In this document: positions 59,901 to 64,000 of the stretch, in pieces | How positions within the stretch are numbered: position 1 is the first letter of the stretch | How the letters are laid out: the number at the start of each line of letters is the position of its first letter | Assembly (NCBI GenBank): GCA_949358305.1 | Contig: OX442314.1 | Coordinates: 29,140,001-29,204,000, forward strand | DNA: 64,000 nt | Reading direction: 5' to 3' | From: Strigamia acuminata | Taxonomy: Eukaryota | Position numbers and translations under genes: made by a program | The notes under the pieces: model-generated | What the model saw: the letters and a program-made list of their open reading frames with translations, nothing else | The model's database searches: none | What the model was told of the DNA's origin: nothing

Positions 59901-62900
59901 AGCTCTGTACAGGTATAAGGGCTAGGTTCAATTCCGCCTGTTTCCAAACCGCCCTCCCTGTCTTAAAAAGATTGCTGTTCCGTCTCGACCTAGTTTAAAT
60001 TTGCTCGTCCCATTTCTGCCTCTCCCAATTCCATTCCAAGTCTGAAATATTTGATATTGGGATAGTTTTAATTCTGCCCCGAATTAAATAAAACGTTTCT
60101 GTTCCATTTTGTCACTGTTTTGTCCCACGTCATTGTTTTGTCTGTATGTGAATAGTCGGGTCAGATTATCGACCGCAATGACCACAAATCTACAAAGATA
60201 GCATTTCAATTGGACAACCCACTTCAGACATGATGTGCAGGCCATATGCCCACATTTGTATGCAATGTTGCACTGGCGTGTGCTACAAAGCATGCAAGTG
60301 AATGCGGTCAATTCCTCATGCACCACCAAATCCGCAATGGCCCCACTGAAGAATGTGATAAGAATGTCAATGCATGTGTTTCTGCAGGTAACAACTCCAC
60401 ATGCCGTAATTGTTGACTTTACCTAATGGCTTCTCATTCATTCGGTGTCACTGCAATTTCCCCCCACCCTGTTTCTTGCACGACGATCACTTATGGAATT
60501 GCGGCAAGATTTCTTCTAGTTCTCCTGCGCTGCTGAGTTGGATCTGTGTTTGTGGCACTAGGCGATCAACGCCTGCGTAACCCACGTCGCACGATCGAGG
60601 CTAGTTTGGCTGGCTCGTCTTGCACGGGAAGTGGATTTCGCGAGGGCATGTTATGCAAACGTTGCAGGGCAAAATTGGTTTCGTCACAACGTCTTTTAAA
60701 CGGTTTGAGGCGGAATTGGTTCCTGCGGAATTAAGTACTTTGTTTATTTTTAATTTTATTTTACGAAATAAATAAGAAAATCCCGCTGAGGAATTGGGAT
60801 GGGGCGGAAATGGTCTAAGGGGCGGTTGTAGGCGGGGCGGAATAAGTCAAACCCCAACCCCAGGTATACACACTAAAAGTGTGTCGTAATATTAAAAAGT
60901 TTGAGAACTGTTCCAGACAGGGCGATGCAGCCAACGTGATGTATATTGTTCTCAGCGGCCGTCTGAGGTCGGTGCTGCAAAACGAGCAGAAAAAGCGGAT
61001 AACGAAGGAATACGGAAAAAGCGATCTAGTTGGAATTGTAAATTTATTTAAATATAAAAATAACAATTGATTACAATTAATAATTTTCCTTTATCCGAAT
61101 CACTAGGCGGAAATGTTGGCGGAACAGGAACGAACGACGACCGTCATTGCGGTCCGCGACACGGAATTAGTGAAAATGCCCGCGGAATTACTAAACACAA
61201 TAAACATTCTTCATCCCGGAGTAAAAATAATAAAACTAAACTAAATTTTTTTTTTAAAAATGACAATTTTACAGACAATGCAGCATTTGATGCGCAAACT
61301 GGGGATGGACATCCTCACGACGCGCCACCACAGCGTGCCGCGAACACGTACAAATTGAATATCCAACCAATTGAAATGCATTCACGAGTATATTTTCGCT
61401 TTTAATCGCTAGTTCTGAGCCAAACTGGCCTCGCAACGAGTCATTTATCATTAATGGACAACATCAGTCTGCCGAACCTCATCACCTTTTCAACCGTTGT
61501 GGTTTTACCTCTGAACAACCAAGTTCCCATTGGTCCATTCACGACTGAACTGTATTACTCGATCAAAGCCATAAGTAAACATTAAAAAAATATCGATTAT
61601 CACACAATTATTTTTTTATTTTGCATAAAATGGAATTTTTGGTGCATATTTTTATTTTTATTTTGCATAAAATGGAATTTTTGGTGCATATTTTATTTTT
61701 ATTTTGCATAAAATGGAATTTTTGGTGCATATTTTATGCGCATAAAACGAATTTTATTTAGCATAAATATCCGGGGTCTAATAATTACAATTTCTTTCAT
61801 TTTTACCAGCTTCGGTGCTCCGGCTTACGAAAGAATACGTCCTGGGTACCCTCGGAGCGACGATACTGGAAAAAACTAACGACTTTCGCTTGACCAGTTG
61901 GTTAGGCCAGCAGGAAGATAAACACAAACTTGTACTGTACCAATGCGACTACGACCTGACGGTGTGGACTCGGCGGTGTCTGCGCCAGGCCGACATTATT
62001 CTTTTGGTCACGTTCGCCGATCAAAATCCCGGGCTTACGAAAGTGAGATTAATTTAAATTTAAATGTCGTCGCTAAAACTGTACCAGATTCGTAATAAAT
62101 CGTAGTTTTGGTGACAGATCGAGCAGAGTTTGGACGAATTGGCCGTGCGGACGCAGAAGGAGTTGGTGCTGTTGCATAAAGACGCGTCGAACAAACCGCG
62201 CAACACGATGTATTGGTTGTCGGTGCGCAATTGGTGTTGTTTTCACCATCACCTGAGGTGTCCGGCGCACATGTTCTTCAGCGATCACGAGAAAGAAGTA
62301 GTGGAATTTATTTGTGTATTTTTTAATTTGTTTTAATTTATTTTTTTGTTTTTTTTTAGACTGAAATGTATTTGAGGATGTACGAAATAACTCCGAATGT
62401 TAATTCGGATTTTTCTCGGCTGGCGAGGTTTTTGACGGGGACTTCGGTTGGTTTGGTGCTGGGGGGCGGCGGAGCTAGGTAATGTTTGTGGGAGTTGAGG
62501 AGTTGGTGATTGATGTGGTTTGATTGCAGAGGGTCTGCGCATGTTGGTATTATACAAGCGATGCGCGAGTACAATGTGCCGATTGATATGGTTTGTGGGG
62601 TCAGTATCGGGGCTTTGGTCGGTGCGATGTGGTGTATGGAACATAATGATATTCAGATGATGTTGTATAAGGCACGCCAATGGGCGAAGGTAATTTTTGA
62701 ATTTTATTTTGTCAGAAATTGCAGCAGTTGCATGATTTTGATGAGAATTGAACATTTTTGTAAGAGGTTCTGAAAATTGCAACAAAATTGCACATACTAG
62801 TTTAAAAATTGCACAAATTTGCTTAAAAATTGCATAAACATGCTTAAAAATTGCATAAACATGCTTAAAAATTGCATAAACATGCTTAAAAATTGCATAA

Positions 62901-64000
62901 ACATGCTTAAAAACTGCATAAATTTGTTTAAAAAATGCACACGACGTAAATTTGTTTAAAAAATGCACACGACGTAAATTTGTTTAAAAAATGCACAAAT
63001 TTGCTTAAAAATTGCGTAAACATGCTTAAAAATTGCGTAAACATGCTTAAAAATTGCGTAAACATGCTTAAAAATTGCACTAATTTGTATAAAAATTGCA
63101 CAAATATGCTTAAAAATTGCAACAAATATGTTAAAAATTGCAATGCACATGCTTACAAATTGCACAAGTTTGCAACAAACGTGCAATAAAATTACAACCA
63201 CTTGCAACAAAATTTGCAACAATATTCAACAAAATCTGCAACAATTTGCAACAAAATACCGCAAATCTGCAACTAAATTAAAAAATTCCATCAAACGCAG
63301 ACATTATCACCATGGTTCTGGCAAATCTTCGACGTCACTTTCCCCGCCGTGGCTCTCTTGACCGGCCGAAGCTTCAACGCGACAATCCGCGAAGCATTCC
63401 ACGACACCCAAATCGAAGACCTCTGGCTGCCCTACTTTTGCGTATCTACCGACATAACCGACAGCACGTACCGTGTTCACAACCGCGGTTCCTTATGGCG
63501 ATACGTTCGCGCCAGCATGACACTAGCCGGATACCTACCCCCAATGTGCGACCCCATAGACGGCCACATGCTTCTAGACGGCGGGTACACCAACATTCTT
63601 CCAGGTGAACAAAATCCAAAGAATTACCGTCAAATTAACTCGAAATTTCGTTCCAGCCGACGTGATGCAGCACCGGGGCCGCGTACAGACAATTTTGGCC
63701 GTGGATGTGAGCAAGCACGACGAGCCGGAATTTACGAATTTTGGGGATTCGCTGTCGGGGTTTCGAGTGCTTTTTAGCTGGATAAATCCGTGGGGAAAGG
63801 AATTAAAAGTTGGTTTGTTGGTGGTGTTGGTTTTGAGTTGTTGATGATGGGATGAATTAGGTTCCGAGTCTTCCGGATCTGCAGTCTCGGCTGTCGTTGG
63901 CGAGCGGCGTGCGCATGCTGGAGAAGGTTCGGCAGGATGAGAGTTTCCATTATATTCGGCCTCCGGTTAATAATTTTGAGACTTTGGAGTTTGGGAGTTT
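45000..64000 (+). CDS. sws: Neuropathy target esterase / swiss cheese-like (PNPLA6/7), multi-exon; start approximate, 3' end outside the window
   Basis: cNMP-binding-domain exons ([49 protein letters not shown]), [44 protein letters not shown], catalytic GVSIG, and [32 protein letters not shown]. Confidence 0.92.
46949..47175. mobile_element. MITE with CCCAGG termini
   Basis: ta|cccagg...cctggg|ta; the interior is built from ttctgcagaa palindromes. Confidence 0.7.
47222..47675. mobile_element. MITE (TA-flanked)
   Basis: TIR gagagtttgcgggatgcatttttccctta / taagggaaaaatgcaccccgcaaactctc with one mismatch. Confidence 0.82.
48442..53631 (-). CDS. BEL/Pao Gag-Pol polyprotein (intact, 1729 aa)
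   Basis: Gag [20 protein letters not shown]; three Cys/His knuckles; protease LIDPGSQ; RT RIVFDAS..YVDD; Pao-type RNase H FCDAS..KSRVAP; integrase DFAGP..SDNA..WERLV. Confidence 0.96.
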   Translation of the reverse strand: MADDLAVLKAQRAVTRRLTTTTITKAKTILAGIPINELDLKKIKVHLQAKSNELKSLDAKILAMLTDEQEIDEEITRSETEYHEKIIDCGVEIDEALITFIAPPTTPVLPPITNNYHGTASVPQDSPMRLPKYDTIKFKGDPLDWADFWGNFEISIDTKTNISAQSKLVYLKSLLDGEAALVLKGLPPTNENYPIAKKLLLERFGRTDVLLSAHLRSLMKMKPVRDILDPIPLQKLYDECETHVRGLNAANMNVDAIDATACPLILGLVPRQISLEFSRQYPDGKYKAKDLLDMVRNELVHHNKIENFQDLHRSTEKSKPEKIEVDKSNQKPNRVPSARVLSTTITNCMFCNKTHERDGCLTTATERKEFVKKEGRCFKCLKKGHSSRNCTFRVTCKLCQRHHNQLVCEGPSETPKEKVTLLVSTNENLAAYAQPPTATLATIFVKIQNESRESIVQCLIDPGSQSSFVLASLAKDLHLKPNGEEHLNVHTFGNQTPLNTKGNRFELKLCNVGDKNRSLCVNALETPWITKPICTKLQAGLRAALERDQIVIDSGNNTNCDIFILLGADCIAKILTGCIRKIEENLIAIETLFGWTLMGSSINVTTMSTLVTRVCSVRLEERLDESLKKFWELESIGIRHESEDETLTDRNSCAIRFREQVTREEGRYVVALPWLVEPRKLHNNYEIAEKRFWNLVRKFKKNPGFYAAYKQIFDDQIRDGIIEEVNEPQHENSYYMPHRAVIKEDRVTTKIRIVFDASAKGKNELSLNDCLDSGPNLLPEILILLILFRKEPFAYLSDIEKAFLQLLLRMADRDFVRFLWTPEEWDGRQFVKPRVMRQKRVVFGVKSSPYLLNDSIQLHLDNMREKYEETVAQIKDKFYVDDLLGCAKSEGEVEKIFHEARKLMMEAHMPLRKWQSNSQSLRELFAREIPSDANLVDADKHSTSVLGLIWNFITDHLLLEIGEWADAQDQLKESKRLIVQSVARIYDPLGFATPFVIVGKLMFQELWTRNIGWDSPLPPDISKQWSSWRQQVVLLRKIAVPRHYSAGQQSNPDRELHLFCDASPKAYGVVVYIRTKNETSVEVTLCMSKSRVAPLKSLTLPKLELMGALLLSRVAVKLKKLEIQRVFYWTDSSITYFWIREQQKKSNPFVSNRVREIRTNTEVACWRHCPGKVNPADKLTRGMEADKLVQDIEWWSGPEWLKKDETHWPQKFDEETESNFEEEIEEIDTRVNVTRSSEEAIFDIEKYSSWTKVKRITAWILRFCHNSRKIETVIGPLKTEELETAEIYWLRSIQKQRFSEEIYSLKNSTKLKSDSPLASVAVVLDQNEIIRIDSRIRFNTGIENFVSPIVLDSNSPAVKLIVEDCHHRTLHGGLGNTLSEFRAKYWVKKGRKFIKTLISRCVTCRRVNAKLMTQTVGLLPADRVNRAEPFQIIGIDFAGPLYTKNGKKTYIALFTCAVVRAVHLELVSDLTTEKFILAFKRLIARRGVPGIVYSDNAKTFKRAEKDLSLFINSFSHELFQGFLSKQKIQWKFIVELAPWWGGFWERLVKTVKLSLKKVLARSSLDFEELSTVLTEVEAAVNSRPITYVTDDPLEQEPLTPSHFLTGGRLITLPDVYSPESRVDNSFRPELVKRWKLRQRLINLLWRRWTHEYLVELREFRRVRTSKEVQIGDLVLIQEQGQPRMSWKMARVSNTFIGRDEKIRSCELTLPEGKTLRRPVQRLCSLEASD
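54007..54328. mobile_element. MITE inserted in the BEL 5' LTR
   Basis: 25-bp perfect TIR CCGTACTGCCTCGATTTAACGCCGG. The TA duplication is proven by the empty site (caattta|atgc) in the other LTR. Confidence 0.95.
55645..57058 (+). mobile_element. Tc1-like DNA transposon with decayed transposase
   Basis: TA-flanked ~210-bp TIRs starting CAGTGACTCAAAAAATTGTTCACATG. Confidence 0.92.
55973..56827 (+). pseudogene. Tc1 transposase pseudogene
   Basis: Motifs [26 protein letters not shown] and FQHDN are present, with stops, frameshifts and a deletion after FQHDN. Confidence 0.9.
57294..58234. mobile_element. Solo LTR (Gypsy-like)
   Basis: TGTCATG...CACAACA ends with a 4-bp TSD ATTT. The ends and size resemble the LTR of the Gypsy element at 10658 (TGTCGCG...CACAACA). 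Confidence 0.72.
58585..58870. repeat. Intronic minisatellite (ccggctaatattgatgatttttgggtaaaattgatgtttt-type)
   Basis: Visible tandem repeats. Confidence 0.85.
59919..60860. mobile_element. Insertion at an sws splice donor (MULE-like?), carrying a RING fragment
   Basis: Flanked by the direct repeat CAGGTATA (59910-59917 and 60861-60868). GGG..CCC ends with weak subterminal inverted motifs (attccgcc / ggcggaat). Confidence 0.55.
60084..60345 (-). pseudogene. RING-HC finger-coding exon/fragment inside the insertion
   Basis: [38 protein letters not shown] has C3HC4 spacing and is preceded by an acceptor-like ttcttcag. No intact upstream exon was found. Confidence 0.65.
62790..63260. repeat. 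Intronic minisatellite (21-bp aaacatgcttaaaaattgc[ag]t units)
   Basis: Visible tandem repeats; these explain the repetitive ORFs in the track. Confidence 0.88.

Noticed and set aside
62333..63361. Repetitive ORFs (AIFKHVY.., MLKNCVN..)
   Set aside because: They are translations of a 21-bp intronic minisatellite.

Overview
Eukaryotic (metazoan, probably arthropod) genomic DNA with short AT-rich spliceosomal introns and many transposons. Left half (1-27.6 kb): a tandem array of intronless multi-pass membrane RING-HC genes (RNF26-like architecture). There are five long copies, one lacking the RING, plus two remnants. The array is interrupted by a short non-autonomous LTR element, MITEs, a 250-bp-arm inverted duplication of a small Cys-rich ORF, and a very young 13.5-kb Ty3/Gypsy element (10658-24161, minus strand). 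Besides gag and pol, which are joined by a predicted -1 frameshift, this element carries a large non-env third ORF. ORF3 is preceded by a strong splice acceptor, a candidate upstream coding exon and three bulged-A hairpin repeats, and is the best candidate for an undescribed system. Right half: a ZBBX-like gene (minus), Spot14/MID1IP1, a secreted proprotein-like gene, cytospin-A/SPECC1L, and an NTE/swiss cheese (PNPLA6/7) gene that runs off the window. The NTE gene's large intron holds a nested stack of elements: an intact BEL/Pao element, a Tc1 element, a solo LTR and MITEs. All calls come from reading the sequence by eye; no database searches were run.
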